DNA from: an uncultured Candidatus Binatia bacterium
GTDB taxonomy: Bacteria; Desulfobacterota; Binatia; UBA9968; JAJDTQ01
Reading direction: 5' to 3'
DNA: 64,000 nucleotides
Assembly: GCA_965215605.1 (NCBI GenBank)
Contig: OZ244070.1
Span: 3,648,001 to 3,712,000, forward strand
The position numbers were made by a program, and so were the translations under genes. A model generated the notes under the pieces. That model searched no databases. It saw nothing but the letters and a program-made list of their open reading frames with translations, and was not told the origin of the DNA. Below, piece after piece: positions 18,339 through 28,773 of the stretch (positions within the stretch are counted from its first letter, which is position 1; each line of letters opens with the position of its first letter).

Positions 18339-19747
18339 CGCCAGCATCGCCATCATCCGCGCGCGGACGCACCCTGGCGGCGGTCTTCATGGCCGTGGTG
18401 CTGCTCGCTACGGGGATTTCCCATGCGAGCACACGCATGGAGCTTCCCGATTTCGTCACCCTCTCCAAGCAACTGCGGCCGTTGGTCGTGCACATCTCTT
18501 CCAACTCTGCCGTGCCGGGTCCGGGCAACCCTCAGGAAGAAGGCCCTTTCGGCGAGTTCTGGCGGCGCTTCTTCGGCGAGCGCTTCCCGCGGGGTCCGGT
18601 GCCGGGTCCGCGGCGGAGCGTGGGTTCCGGTTTCATCGTCGATCCCGGCGGCTTCATCGTTACCAACGACCACGTGGTCGAGGATGAAGACGAGCTCACG
18701 GTGAAGCTCTCGGACGGTTCCGAGCACCGGGCCACGGTCGCCGGCCGGGATCCCAAGACCGATATCGCGTTGATCAGGATCGATGTCGAGCGGAAGCTGC
18801 CGGTGGTGCGTCTCGGAGACTCCGCGGCTCTCGAGGTGGGTGAGTGGGTCCTGGCCATCGGCAACCCGTTCGGCCTCGAGCACACGGTGACATCCGGAAT
18901 CGTCAGTGCCAAGGGGCGCCGTATCGGCGCCGGCCCCTACGACAACTTCATACAGACCGACGCCTCCATCAATCCGGGCAACTCCGGCGGGCCGTTGATC
19001 AACCTGCGCGGCGAGGTGGTCGGAGTCAACACCGCGATCTTCAGCCGTGGCGGAGGCAACATCGGAATCGGCTTCGCCATCCCGATCAACCTGGTGAAGG
19101 GACTTCTTCCCCAGCTCAAGGACAAGGGCAAGGTCACGCGGGGCTGGCTGGGCGTGGTGATCGAGGACGTCAACGCCGAGACGGCGGCGGCCCTGGGCAT
19201 GACCGAGGCCCACGGGGCGCTGGTGGCCAACGTGACGCAGGGCAGCCCGGCGGCGGCGGGCGGTTGTCGGGTGGGGGACGTCATCGTACGGTTCGACGGC
19301 GCCGCCATCAGGAAGTCCAGCGACCTCTCCTTGATCGTTGCCCGGACCTCCGTGGGCAAGGCCGTGGACGTCATGGTTCTGCGCGACGGCCGGCCGGTGT
19401 CCCTGACGGTCCGAATCGGCAAGCTGCGCGATGATGAAGCTGTGGCAGCGCTGGAGCGCGACAACGAGCTTGGCCTGACCGTCAGGGAAATGACCCGGCA
19501 GTTCTCCGGCGTGCCGGGAGCCCAGGTGCGGCAAGGCGTGGTGGTGACGGAGATGGAGACCGGCAGCCCGGCGGAGCAGGCGGGGATCCGGGTCGGAGAC
19601 GTGATCCTGGAGATCGACCGCAAACGGATCAACGGCCTCGATGACTTCCGGCAGGTCGTGGGCAACCTGACCAAGGGGAGCGGCATCCTGTTCCTGGTGA
19701 GGCGCGAGGATACGACCCTTTTCCTGGCGTTGCGACTTCGCCCTTAG
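18335..19747 (+). CDS. degP: DegP/DegQ (HtrA) periplasmic serine protease with two PDZ domains
   Basis: Signal peptide, GSGFIV, TNDHVV, DIAL, QTDASINPGNSGGPL, RGWLGV motifs. Confidence 0.93.
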   Translation: MTPASPSSARGRTLAAVFMAVVLLATGISHASTRMELPDFVTLSKQLRPLVVHISSNSAVPGPGNPQEEGPFGEFWRRFFGERFPRGPVPGPRRSVGSGFIVDPGGFIVTNDHVVEDEDELTVKLSDGSEHRATVAGRDPKTDIALIRIDVERKLPVVRLGDSAALEVGEWVLAIGNPFGLEHTVTSGIVSAKGRRIGAGPYDNFIQTDASINPGNSGGPLINLRGEVVGVNTAIFSRGGGNIGIGFAIPINLVKGLLPQLKDKGKVTRGWLGVVIEDVNAETAAALGMTEAHGALVANVTQGSPAAAGGCRVGDVIVRFDGAAIRKSSDLSLIVARTSVGKAVDVMVLRDGRPVSLTVRIGKLRDDEAVAALERDNELGLTVREMTRQFSGVPGAQVRQGVVVTEMETGSPAEQAGIRVGDVILEIDRKRINGLDDFRQVVGNLTKGSGILFLVRREDTTLFLALRLRP

Positions 19748-19767
19748 TCCACCGAAAGACCGGAGGC

Positions 19768-22005
19768 ATGAGAGGCGGCGGCGTCAAGAGATTCTTCAAG
19801 CGGCTGCTCAAGGTCGCCGCCACGCTGCTGGTGCTGGGGCTCCTTGGCGGGCTGAGCGTGGGGGGCTGGTACGTCTGGCACCTGAGCGTGGTCGTCCAGG
19901 CCAAGTTCGAGGGGCAGAAATGGGAGTTCCCCTCGAAGATCTATTCGAGCAGCAAGATCGTCTATCCGGGGGTCAGTCTCACCATGGACCAGCTCCGGGA
20001 GAAGCTGCGGCGCCTGGGGTATCGATCTTCCCGGCACGAGCCGCGGGCCAAGGGCGAATACCGTATGCGCGGCAAGAACGCGGCCATCGAGATCTTCCTG
20101 CATGACTTTCAGTACCCGTTGCGTGACTTCCGCGGGTTCCCCGTGCGCATTTCCTTGAAGTCCGGAGCCATTCACCGCATCCAGCGACTCGACGACGGCG
20201 AGGTCCTCCCGTCGCTGGAACTGGAACCCGAAGTCGTCACGGGCTTCTACGACCGTGTGCGGGAACAACGGCGGATCGTGCGGTTGGACGAGGTGCCCGT
20301 AGAGATCCGGAAAGCGGTGCTGGCGGTGGAAGATGAGCGTTTCTACTATCACCGTGGCGTGGACCCGGTGGCGGTGTTGCGGGCGTTCGTGGCCAACCTG
20401 CGGCGGGGAGGGGTGGTGCAGGGCGGCAGCACTCTGACCCAGCAGTTGATGAAGAATTTCTTCCTGGAGAGCGACCGTACCCTGGAGCGCAAGGTCAAGG
20501 AAGCGCTGATGGCGATGGTGGCGGAGTGGATGTACTCCAAGGACGAGATTCTGGAAAACTACCTGAACGAAATCTATCTCGGGCAGAACGGCGCCCAGGG
20601 TATCTTCGGCATATGGGAAGCCGCCCGGTTCTACTTCGTCAAGGAACCCGAGCAGCTCACCGTCGGTGAGACAGCCATGCTGGCAGGGCTGATCCGGGCG
20701 CCGAATCGTTACTCCCCCTACCGGAACATCGAGGACGCCACTCGACGCCGCAACGTGATCCTCGCCAAGCTGGCGAGCGACGGCATCATCACGCGGCGCG
20801 CGTACGAGAGGGCGTTGCAGGAGGTCTTCGAGAAGCGGGAGCCGGTGCGCCTCACCAACAGCGCCCCCTACTTCACGGACTACGTGAAGAAGGAACTGGC
20901 GACCCACTACAGCAACAAGGTGTTGACCGCCGAGGGGCTGCGCATCTTCACCAGTCTCGACCGGGAGTTGCAGCAGGCCGCCGAAACGGCCATGACTCGG
21001 GGTCTGGCCAGGCTGGAAAAGGACTTCAGCCACCTGCGGAAGATTGCCAGGAAGGACGATCTCGAGGGCGCGCTGGTGGTGATCAAGCCGCAGACAGGCG
21101 AGATCAAGGCCATGGTTGGCGGACGGGACTACCGCAAGTCCCAGTTCAACCGCGTGGCCCAGGCCAAACGGCAGCCCGGTTCCGTGTTCAAGCCGTTCGT
21201 CTATCTGGCCGCCTTGACCCACGGGTCGAGCCGGAATTATGAATCGTACAACAGCGCCACGCTGGTCGAGGATGCGCCCTTCACGTGGAGCTTCGGCCGC
21301 CAGGACTGGGCCCCAGAGAACTACAAGCAACGGTACTATGGCCGCGTGACCATGGGCGAGGCCATGGAAAAGTCCCTGAACGCCGCAACCGCCCGCATTG
21401 CCCAGGACGTCGGCATCGGGAAGGTACGGGAGATGGCCTATCGAATGGGCATCGAAAGCCGTTTGCCGCTGCTGCCGTCCCTGGCCCTTGGCGCGGTCGA
21501 AGTGACGCCTCTCGAGTTGGCCGGCGCGTTTTCCGCGCTGGCCAACAACGGCGTGCGTACCCACCTTCTGTCCATCAAGAACGTGGTGGACCGCGACGGA
21601 ACGGTTCTGGAGAAGGGGAACATACGGGTGAAGCGCGTCATATCGCCTCAGGTGGCCTACGACATGAACAACATGCTGCGAGGGGTGGTGGACCGGGGCA
21701 CGGCGCGCGGCGCGCGCGTGCTGGGGTTCACGCGTCCCGCCGCCGGCAAGACGGGCACCACCAATGACGCCCGGGATGCATGGTTCGCGGGCTACACTCC
21801 GGAGCTCCTGGCGTTGGTCTGGGTCGGCTTCGACCGCCAGTCCGAGCTCGGCCTCACCGGGTCCCGGGCGGCCCTTCCGATATGGACGGATTTCATGAAA
21901 CAGGCCACCAGCCGGCTGCCGGTCACGGATTTCATCACTCCGCCCGGCATCTCCTCCAGCACGGCGACGGACGTCCGGCCGACTTCGGACAGAGGTGAAT
22001 CGTGA
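19768..22005 (+). CDS. mrcB: Class A penicillin-binding protein (PBP1B-like)
   Basis: N-terminal TM helix, EDERFYYHRGVD, GGSTLTQQL, RKVKE, YLNEIYLG, SVFK, SLN, KTGT motifs. Confidence 0.9.
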   Translation: MRGGGVKRFFKRLLKVAATLLVLGLLGGLSVGGWYVWHLSVVVQAKFEGQKWEFPSKIYSSSKIVYPGVSLTMDQLREKLRRLGYRSSRHEPRAKGEYRMRGKNAAIEIFLHDFQYPLRDFRGFPVRISLKSGAIHRIQRLDDGEVLPSLELEPEVVTGFYDRVREQRRIVRLDEVPVEIRKAVLAVEDERFYYHRGVDPVAVLRAFVANLRRGGVVQGGSTLTQQLMKNFFLESDRTLERKVKEALMAMVAEWMYSKDEILENYLNEIYLGQNGAQGIFGIWEAARFYFVKEPEQLTVGETAMLAGLIRAPNRYSPYRNIEDATRRRNVILAKLASDGIITRRAYERALQEVFEKREPVRLTNSAPYFTDYVKKELATHYSNKVLTAEGLRIFTSLDRELQQAAETAMTRGLARLEKDFSHLRKIARKDDLEGALVVIKPQTGEIKAMVGGRDYRKSQFNRVAQAKRQPGSVFKPFVYLAALTHGSSRNYESYNSATLVEDAPFTWSFGRQDWAPENYKQRYYGRVTMGEAMEKSLNAATARIAQDVGIGKVREMAYRMGIESRLPLLPSLALGAVEVTPLELAGAFSALANNGVRTHLLSIKNVVDRDGTVLEKGNIRVKRVISPQVAYDMNNMLRGVVDRGTARGARVLGFTRPAAGKTGTTNDARDAWFAGYTPELLALVWVGFDRQSELGLTGSRAALPIWTDFMKQATSRLPVTDFITPPGISSSTATDVRPTSDRGES

Positions 22006-22997
22006 TCGTATTGGGCGTCGAGACGTCGTGTGACGATACCGCCGCGGCGGTTCTTGAAGACGGCAGATCCGTGCGGGCCAACCTGGTGTCGTCCCAGGAT
22101 GCGGTGCACGCGCCGTACGGTGGCATCGTGCCGGAGATGGCCTCGCGCCAGCACATCCGGACCATCCAGCCCATGGTGGACCGGGCGCTGGAGCAGGCGG
22201 GCGTCACCGCCGGGGATCTGGACGGGTTGGCGGTCACCTACGGCCCCGGCTTGACGGGCTCGCTCCTGGTGGGCCTCTCCTTCGTCAAGGGATGGTCCTT
22301 TCGGTCCGGCATTCCCTACGTGGGGGTCAACCACCTGGAAGCCCATGTGCTGTCCATTTTCCTGGAGAAGGAGGTGGCCTTCCCCTATCTGGCGCTGGTG
22401 GCTTCCGGGGGACACACGCTGCTCTACATGGTCCGGGCGGTAGGCGAGTACGACCATCTCGGAGGCACTCTCGATGACGCCGCCGGCGAAGCCTACGACA
22501 AGGTGGCCAAGATGATGGGGCTGGGTTTTCCCGGCGGGCGGGTCATCGACGACCTGGCCAGGCAGGGCGATCCGCGGGCCGTCGCCTTTCCCAGGGCGCG
22601 CTTGCGCACCCCTTACGATTTCAGCTTCAGCGGCCTCAAGACCTCCGTCTGGCACTACCTGACCTGCAAGCGGCCGGATCATTGGCGCGAGGAGCTGGCC
22701 GACATCGCGGCAAGCTTCCAGGAGGCCGTGGTGGACATGCTGATTGCGCCGACCCTCAGGGCGGTGGAGGAGTTCGGCATCAAGAATATCGTCCTGGGCG
22801 GAGGGGTCGCCGCCAACAGCCGTCTCCGGGCAAAGCTGGCGGAAAAGGCCGGCGAGGTGGAGGCGGAGCTTCACTGCCCGTCGCTCCGCTTCTGCACGGA
22901 CAACGGCGCCATGGTGGCCTTGGTTGGGAGCCGCCGGCTGGAGCAGGGCGATGGCAGCGGCCCCCGTCTGAATGCCGATCCCGCGCTGATCCTCTGA
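22002..22997 (+). CDS. tsaD: tRNA N6-threonylcarbamoyltransferase
   Basis: LGVETSCDDT, GGIVPEMASRQH, NHLEAH, SGGHT, DDAAGEAYDK, FSFSGLKT, CTDNGAM motifs. Confidence 0.97.
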   Translation: MIVLGVETSCDDTAAAVLEDGRSVRANLVSSQDAVHAPYGGIVPEMASRQHIRTIQPMVDRALEQAGVTAGDLDGLAVTYGPGLTGSLLVGLSFVKGWSFRSGIPYVGVNHLEAHVLSIFLEKEVAFPYLALVASGGHTLLYMVRAVGEYDHLGGTLDDAAGEAYDKVAKMMGLGFPGGRVIDDLARQGDPRAVAFPRARLRTPYDFSFSGLKTSVWHYLTCKRPDHWREELADIAASFQEAVVDMLIAPTLRAVEEFGIKNIVLGGGVAANSRLRAKLAEKAGEVEAELHCPSLRFCTDNGAMVALVGSRRLEQGDGSGPRLNADPALIL

Positions 22998-23029
22998 GGA
23001 GTCACCGATCATTCGCCGCCATCGAGGCC

Positions 23030-23058
23030 GGTCCCGAGCGTAGCGAAGTCGAGGGACC
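23030..23058 (+). repeat. Short REP-like imperfect palindrome before rsmA
   Basis: GGTCCC-GAGCGTAGCGAAGTCGA-GGGACC. Confidence 0.4.
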
Positions 23059-23060
23059 TC

Positions 23061-23921
23061 ATGACCACCCTTCATCAAGAGGCGAGGATCGCCTGGCGCG
23101 AACTGGGCTTTACGCCCAGCCGGGCCCGCGGTCAGAACTTTCTTGTCCATCGGCGCGTCATCGACACCCTCATCCGACTTCTCGACCTGGACGAGGATGA
23201 CGGGATACTGGAGGTGGGACCGGGACTGGGCTTCGTCACCCGCTGTCTGGTCGGCGAGAGCCGGAGCGTCTGGGCCGTCGAGGTGGATCCGTTGCTGGTG
23301 CGGTGGCTGCGCGACGGCCCGCTGGGGTCGCGCGCGGGGTTCCATCTCATCCACCAGGACGTCCTGACCATGGACTTCGACAGGTTCCTGCCCGAATACC
23401 GGCTCAAGGTGGTGGCGAACCTTCCCTACAGCGTGGCTGCGCCGGCGCTGCTGCGTCTTTTCGAGGCGGGGCATCATTTCTCGGCCCTGGTGGTCATGCT
23501 GCAGAAGGAAGTGGCGCAAAGGGTTGCGGCTGCTCCGGGCACTTCCGCCTACGGCGCCCTCTCGCTCTGGTGCCGGCTCTACGGGAAGGTGACCCGGAAG
23601 GTGGCGGTGTCGCCGGAAGCGTTCACGCCCCGGCCCAGGGTCGACTCGACGCTCTTGAGGATCGAGTTGCACCCGGAGCCGCTGGTGCCGGCCGGAGAGA
23701 TTCCGCTGTTCGGGTCGGTGATGCGCGCCGGGTTCGCCCGCAGGCGCAAGATGCTGGGCAACGCGTTGTCGGGTCTGTTCGATACCCGGACCGGGGAGAT
23801 CTTCGAACGGGCGGCCATCGACCCCCGGCGCCGGGCCGAAACGCTGGAACTGGAGGAGTTCGCCCGCCTGGCCCGCGCGTTGGGGGAGTCTGGGGGCGGC
23901 GGAAATGCCGGAGCTGCCTGA
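23061..23921 (+). CDS. rsmA: 16S rRNA adenine dimethyltransferase
   Basis: GQNFL, LEVGPGLG, VEVD, ANLPY, MLQKEVAQR, F.PRPRVDS, RRAETL motifs. Confidence 0.95.
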   Translation: MTTLHQEARIAWRELGFTPSRARGQNFLVHRRVIDTLIRLLDLDEDDGILEVGPGLGFVTRCLVGESRSVWAVEVDPLLVRWLRDGPLGSRAGFHLIHQDVLTMDFDRFLPEYRLKVVANLPYSVAAPALLRLFEAGHHFSALVVMLQKEVAQRVAAAPGTSAYGALSLWCRLYGKVTRKVAVSPEAFTPRPRVDSTLLRIELHPEPLVPAGEIPLFGSVMRAGFARRRKMLGNALSGLFDTRTGEIFERAAIDPRRRAETLELEEFARLARALGESGGGGNAGAA

Positions 23922-24726
23922 AGTCGAAACCGTGTGCCGCACGTTGCGGGAGCGGCTTCAGGGGGTGAGAATCCTCCAGGTCCGCGTCATTGAAGGCCGC
24001 CTGCGGCAGCCCGTGGCCGCGGATTTCGCCGCCCGTCTGGAGGGCAGGACGGTGGCCGCGGTGAGCCGTCGCGGCAAGTACATCGTGGCGGAACTGGACG
24101 GCGGCTGGACGTGGGTCTCGCACCTGGGCATGTCGGGCAAGCTGACCTTCCGGGAGCGGGACGCGTCCCTGGAGAAGCACGATCACCTCGTGTTCACCCT
24201 CGGCAAGGGGGGCGAGCTTCGCTATCATGACCCGCGCCGCTTCGGGCTTTGCGTGGTCCTGCCCAGCCGGGAGCTGGATGCGTGGCCGCCCTTCGCCCGA
24301 CTCGGGATGGATCCCCTGGACCCCCGTTTCACCGGCGACTACCTCTATCCGTTCCTGCACCGGTCGCGCAGGAGCCTGCGGGACCTGCTGCTGGATCAGC
24401 AGATCGTCTGCGGCCTTGGCAACATCTACGTCAACGAAGTGCTTGCCCGCATCGGGGTCCGTCCCACCCGCCGGAGCCATCGCGTCTCCAGGGCTTTGAG
24501 CGCGGAGCTGGCGCGCGAGATCCGCGTGTTGCTGCGGGAGGCCATCCGCTGGCGCGGCAGCTCGGTGTCGGACTACCGGGACGGCAACGATGATCGCGGC
24601 GCCTTTCAGTGGCGCCTTCGGGTGTATGACAGAAAAGGCGCGCCCTGCCACGACTGCGGCACGCCCATCAAGAGGATCGGTCTCGGGAACCGCGGCGTGT
24701 TCTACTGTCCGCGGTGTCAGCCCTGA
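23905..24726 (+). CDS. mutM: Formamidopyrimidine-DNA glycosylase
   Basis: MPELPEVE, RRGKY, HLGMSG, DPRRFG, GLGNIY, C-terminal CxxC...CxxCQ Zn finger. Confidence 0.97.
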   Translation: MPELPEVETVCRTLRERLQGVRILQVRVIEGRLRQPVAADFAARLEGRTVAAVSRRGKYIVAELDGGWTWVSHLGMSGKLTFRERDASLEKHDHLVFTLGKGGELRYHDPRRFGLCVVLPSRELDAWPPFARLGMDPLDPRFTGDYLYPFLHRSRRSLRDLLLDQQIVCGLGNIYVNEVLARIGVRPTRRSHRVSRALSAELAREIRVLLREAIRWRGSSVSDYRDGNDDRGAFQWRLRVYDRKGAPCHDCGTPIKRIGLGNRGVFYCPRCQP

Positions 24727-24742
24727 TCCGTCCGGCAGCCGA

Positions 24743-25270
24743 TCAGTCCAGCACCTTGTAGTCGCCGCCCAGGTAGCTCCTGCACAGCTCCGCGTAGGTG
24801 GACGAGCCCATCTTGATCCAGTTGAGGGCCTCGCCGCTGATTTCCTTCTTGACCTTCGCCGGAGTGCCCGCCGCCAGGCAGCGCGGGGGAATCCGGGTGT
24901 GCGGCACCACCACGCTGCCGGCGGCGACGAGAGACTCCTCGCCGATCTCGGTGTCCTCCAGCAGCGTCGAGTTCATGCCGATGATGGCGAATCGCCGGAT
25001 GGTGGCGCCTTCCATGACGGCGGCGTGCCCCACCGTCACGTCCGCTTCGATGATCACCGCGCCTTCCCCCGAGTGGAGCACGCAGTTGTCCTGGATGCTG
25101 GTCCTGGCGCCGATCACGATGGGGTTCTGGTTCTCGTCGGAGCGGAGCACGGCGCCGAACCAGATGCTGGCCCCGGCTTCCACGGTGACGTCGCCGATGA
25201 GCACGGCGGTAGGGGCAACGAAGGCCTCGGGCGAGACCTTGGGGCTCTGGCCCTTGTACTGGATGAGCAT
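24743..25270 (-). CDS. Gamma carbonic anhydrase family hexapeptide-repeat protein
   Basis: APTAVLIGDV, SIWFGAVLR.D, IQDNCVLH, VGH motifs; AAGGAGG RBS. Confidence 0.9.
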   Translation of the reverse strand: MLIQYKGQSPKVSPEAFVAPTAVLIGDVTVEAGASIWFGAVLRSDENQNPIVIGARTSIQDNCVLHSGEGAVIIEADVTVGHAAVMEGATIRRFAIIGMNSTLLEDTEIGEESLVAAGSVVVPHTRIPPRCLAAGTPAKVKKEISGEALNWIKMGSSTYAELCRSYLGGDYKVLD

Positions 25271-25323
25271 TCACATACCTCCTTGGGCGCTGACGAGAAA
25301 CGTGGTTTGGAAGTCCAGCCGGC

Positions 25324-26565
25324 TCAAGAGGCCGGGAGATCGAAATGTTGCGCCGCCGTGCGGCAAATGGTGTCCGCGATCCCCAGGGACGAGGTGGCGC
25401 CGGGCGACGGGGCGTTGAGCACGTGAATGGCGCCTTCGGATTCGGCGATGACGAAGTCGTCCACCAGCTTGCCGCTGGCGGACACGGCCTGGGCGCGCAC
25501 GCCGGCGCCGCTGTACTCCAGGTCCCGCGACTCGATGGCGGGAATGAGGCGCTGGAGCTCGCGGGTGAAGGCGCGCTTGTCGAAGGAGCGCCGGAGTTCG
25601 GGCAGGGAAGTCTTCCAGTGCTTTCGGGCCATGCCCCAGAAACCGCCGTAGGAGAAGATCTCGTACAAGTCCCGCAGGTTGACGTCGCTCTGACGGTACC
25701 CCTGCCGCGCGAATGCCAGCACGGCGTTAGGTCCCACCTCCACGCGGCCGTGCACCGTGGGCGTGAAGTGAACTCCCAGAAACGGGAACTGGGGATCGGG
25801 CACCGGATAGACGAGACCCTTTACGAACCCCTGCTTCTCCGGCTTGAGCCGATGGTACTCGCCCCGGAAGGGGACGATCCGAACCGGTTCGTCGATGCCG
25901 CCGCGAACGCTGGCCGCGAACCCCGGGGTCATGGCCGCCACCCGGTCGACGAACAGTCCGGCGCAGTTGATGAGCTTGCGGGTCTCCAGGGCGTCCCGCG
26001 AGGTCTCGATGACGAATCCGTTGGACGACCGGGCGATGCCGGTGACCTCGCACGACGTCCGGATGGCGCCGCCTCCCGCTTCGAACAGCCGCGCGTAGGC
26101 GCGGGCCACGTCGCCGAAGTCGATGATCCCCGTGAAGGGGGCGTGGAGCGCCTTCAAGCCAGTGCAGTGGGGCTCGATTTCCCGGAGCTCCTCGGGACCG
26201 ATCATGCGCACCCCGTCCACGCCGTTCGCCTCGGCGCGGCGGTTCAGCTCCTCCAGGCGCGGCAGCTCCTCGGGCCGTGTGGCGACGATGACCTTGCCGC
26301 ACAGGTCATAGTGGATGCCGTGCTCGTCACAGAATTCCAGCAGCGCCTTCTTTCCGGCAACGCAGGTCCGCGCCTTGACGGACCCGGGCCGGTAGTAGAT
26401 GCCGGAATGGAGCACGCCGCTGTTGTGGCCCGTCTGGTGCCGTCCGAGCTCCGCTTCCTTCTCCAGCAGCGCGCACCGCGACCCGGGATGGTCCCGTACC
26501 ATGCGCATGGCCGTCGCCAAACCCACGATGCCGCCGCCGATGACCGTCAGATCGAATTTTTCCAT
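25324..26565 (-). CDS. lhgO: L-2-hydroxyglutarate oxidase
   Basis: IGGGIVGLA, HQTGHNSGVLHSGIYY, PFRGEY, YPVPDP.FPFLGVH, GVRAQA, NAPSPGATSSL motifs; start MEKFD at 26565. Confidence 0.93.
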   Translation of the reverse strand: MEKFDLTVIGGGIVGLATAMRMVRDHPGSRCALLEKEAELGRHQTGHNSGVLHSGIYYRPGSVKARTCVAGKKALLEFCDEHGIHYDLCGKVIVATRPEELPRLEELNRRAEANGVDGVRMIGPEELREIEPHCTGLKALHAPFTGIIDFGDVARAYARLFEAGGGAIRTSCEVTGIARSSNGFVIETSRDALETRKLINCAGLFVDRVAAMTPGFAASVRGGIDEPVRIVPFRGEYHRLKPEKQGFVKGLVYPVPDPQFPFLGVHFTPTVHGRVEVGPNAVLAFARQGYRQSDVNLRDLYEIFSYGGFWGMARKHWKTSLPELRRSFDKRAFTRELQRLIPAIESRDLEYSGAGVRAQAVSASGKLVDDFVIAESEGAIHVLNAPSPGATSSLGIADTICRTAAQHFDLPAS

Positions 26566-26718
26566 GAGATAAGCAGGGGGCCAGCGGAACGCCGGTTGAG
26601 GTAGCCGTCCGCGACAGGAAACCTTAACAGCTTCGTTCCAAGCGTGTCCAGGGAGAGAACCGCGGACCGGTCGTCCGTTGTTTTGCACACCCCCGGCCCG
26701 CGGTGATATTCGTTGGGT

Positions 26719-28773
26719 ATGCTCAAGGAACGCAAGGAAGGCCGGTTCCGCCTGGTGGCCGACTTCCAGCCCCAGGGGGACCAGCCCCGGGCCATCGGGG
26801 AGTTGCTGGAAGGGCTCGAGGAAGGGCGGCGGTACCAGGTGCTGCTGGGGGTCACCGGCTCCGGCAAGACCTTTACGATGGCCAACGTCATCAGCCGCAT
26901 CAACCGGCCCACGCTGGTGATGGCGCCCAACAAGACGCTGGCGGCACAGCTCTACAACGAATTCCGGCTGCTGCTGCCGGACAACGCGGTGCGCTACTTC
27001 ATCAGCTACTACGACTACTACCAGCCCGAAGCCTACGTGCCCTCCACCGACACCTACATCGCCAAGGACGCCTCCATCAACGACGAAATCGACAAGCTGC
27101 GGCACGCCGCCACCATGGCGTTGCTGGAGCGGCGGGACGTGGTCATCGTCGCCAGCGTCTCCTGCATCTACGGACTCGGCTCGCCGGAGGCCTATTTCGA
27201 CCTGATGGTCTATCTCGAGGAAGGGATGCGCATCGACCGGGACCGGATGCTGCGCAAGCTGGTGGACATCCAGTATGAACGGGTGGACTACGACTTCCAT
27301 CGCGGCACGTTCCGGGTCCGGGGGGATACCGTGGAGGTGTTTCCGGCGTACGAGGACAGGTCGGCGCTGCGCATCGAGTTCTTCGACGACGTGGTGGAGT
27401 CGCTGCTGGAGGTGGACCCGCTGCGCGGCAAGGCGCGCCGGCGGGTGGACAAGGCCACGATCTATCCGGCCAGCCACTACGTCACCACCGCCGAACGCAT
27501 GAAGGCGGCGGTGGCCGCGATCCGTGAGGAACTCGGGGAACGGCTGGCAGAGCTCAAGCGGGAGAACAAGCTGCTGGAGGCGCAACGCCTGCGGCAACGG
27601 ACGCTCTACGACCTGGAGCTGCTGGAGGAGATGGGCTACTGCCCGGGCCTGGAGAACTACTCCCGCCACCTCACCGGACGGCTTCCCGGCGAACCGCCGC
27701 CCACGCTGCTGAACTACTTTCCCGAGGATTTCGTGCTGTTCGTGGACGAAAGCCACGTCACCGTGCCGCAGATCGGCGGCATGTACCGGGGCGACCGGTC
27801 GCGGAAGGAGACCCTGGTGGATTTCGGCTTCCGGCTGCCCTCGGCGCTGGACAACCGGCCGTTGAATTTCGAGGAATTCGAAGCCGCCGTGAACCAGACG
27901 GTTTATGTTTCGGCGACTCCTGCCGACTATGAAATCATGAGGAGCGGCAACGTCCGGGTGGAGCAGTTGATCCGGCCCACTGGCCTGACGGACCCGGAGA
28001 TCCTGGTGCGGCCGGCGGCCACGCAGGTGGACGATCTCCTGGAGGAGATCCGCAGGCGCACGGCGGTCGACGCCCGGGTGCTGGTGACCACTCTCACCAA
28101 GCGCATGGCCGAGGACCTTACGGACTACTACCAGGACCTCAACGTCAGGATCCGCTATCTGCACTCGGATATCGACGCCATCGAGCGGGTTGAGATCATC
28201 CGGGATCTCCGCAAGGGGGCGTTCGACGTCCTGGTGGGCATCAATCTCCTGCGGGAAGGTCTGGACCTCCCGGAGGTTTCGCTGGTGGCCATCCTCGACG
28301 CGGACAAGGAGGGGTTCCTCCGTTCGGAGCGGTCGCTGATCCAGACCATCGGCCGCGCCGCGCGCAACCTGGAGGGCACGGTGATCCTCTACGCCGACGT
28401 CATGACCGATTCCATGAAACTGGCCATCGGTGAGACCGAACGCCGCCGGCGGGTCCAGGAGGCCTTCAACCAGGAGCACGGCATCGTCCCCCGAAGCGTG
28501 GTGAAGCAGCTCGACGAACCGTTGATACAGGCCTACGACGCGGACTACGTGGATGTCCCGCTGGTGGCCGATGACGGGCCCTCTCCCGGCGAGATTCCAC
28601 GGATGGTGGAGAAGCTCAGGAAGGAAATGAAGCAGGCCTCCGACCGGTTGGAATTCGAGAAGGCCGCCGAGATCAGGGACCGTATCCATGGGCTGCAGGA
28701 AAGGGAGCTGTCGGGCCCCTACCTCTCGCGCGCCCCGGCGACGGCCGGGTCTGAAACCGGTCCCGGTTCATGA
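26719..28773 (+). CDS. uvrB: Excinuclease ABC subunit B
   Basis: [48 protein letters not shown] motifs and C-terminal UVR domain. Confidence 0.98.
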   Translation: MLKERKEGRFRLVADFQPQGDQPRAIGELLEGLEEGRRYQVLLGVTGSGKTFTMANVISRINRPTLVMAPNKTLAAQLYNEFRLLLPDNAVRYFISYYDYYQPEAYVPSTDTYIAKDASINDEIDKLRHAATMALLERRDVVIVASVSCIYGLGSPEAYFDLMVYLEEGMRIDRDRMLRKLVDIQYERVDYDFHRGTFRVRGDTVEVFPAYEDRSALRIEFFDDVVESLLEVDPLRGKARRRVDKATIYPASHYVTTAERMKAAVAAIREELGERLAELKRENKLLEAQRLRQRTLYDLELLEEMGYCPGLENYSRHLTGRLPGEPPPTLLNYFPEDFVLFVDESHVTVPQIGGMYRGDRSRKETLVDFGFRLPSALDNRPLNFEEFEAAVNQTVYVSATPADYEIMRSGNVRVEQLIRPTGLTDPEILVRPAATQVDDLLEEIRRRTAVDARVLVTTLTKRMAEDLTDYYQDLNVRIRYLHSDIDAIERVEIIRDLRKGAFDVLVGINLLREGLDLPEVSLVAILDADKEGFLRSERSLIQTIGRAARNLEGTVILYADVMTDSMKLAIGETERRRRVQEAFNQEHGIVPRSVVKQLDEPLIQAYDADYVDVPLVADDGPSPGEIPRMVEKLRKEMKQASDRLEFEKAAEIRDRIHGLQERELSGPYLSRAPATAGSETGPGS

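Noticed and set aside
26566-28689. Long N-terminal extension of lhgO (1121-aa track ORF)
   Set aside because: Antisense shadow of uvrB; LhgO starts at 26565.
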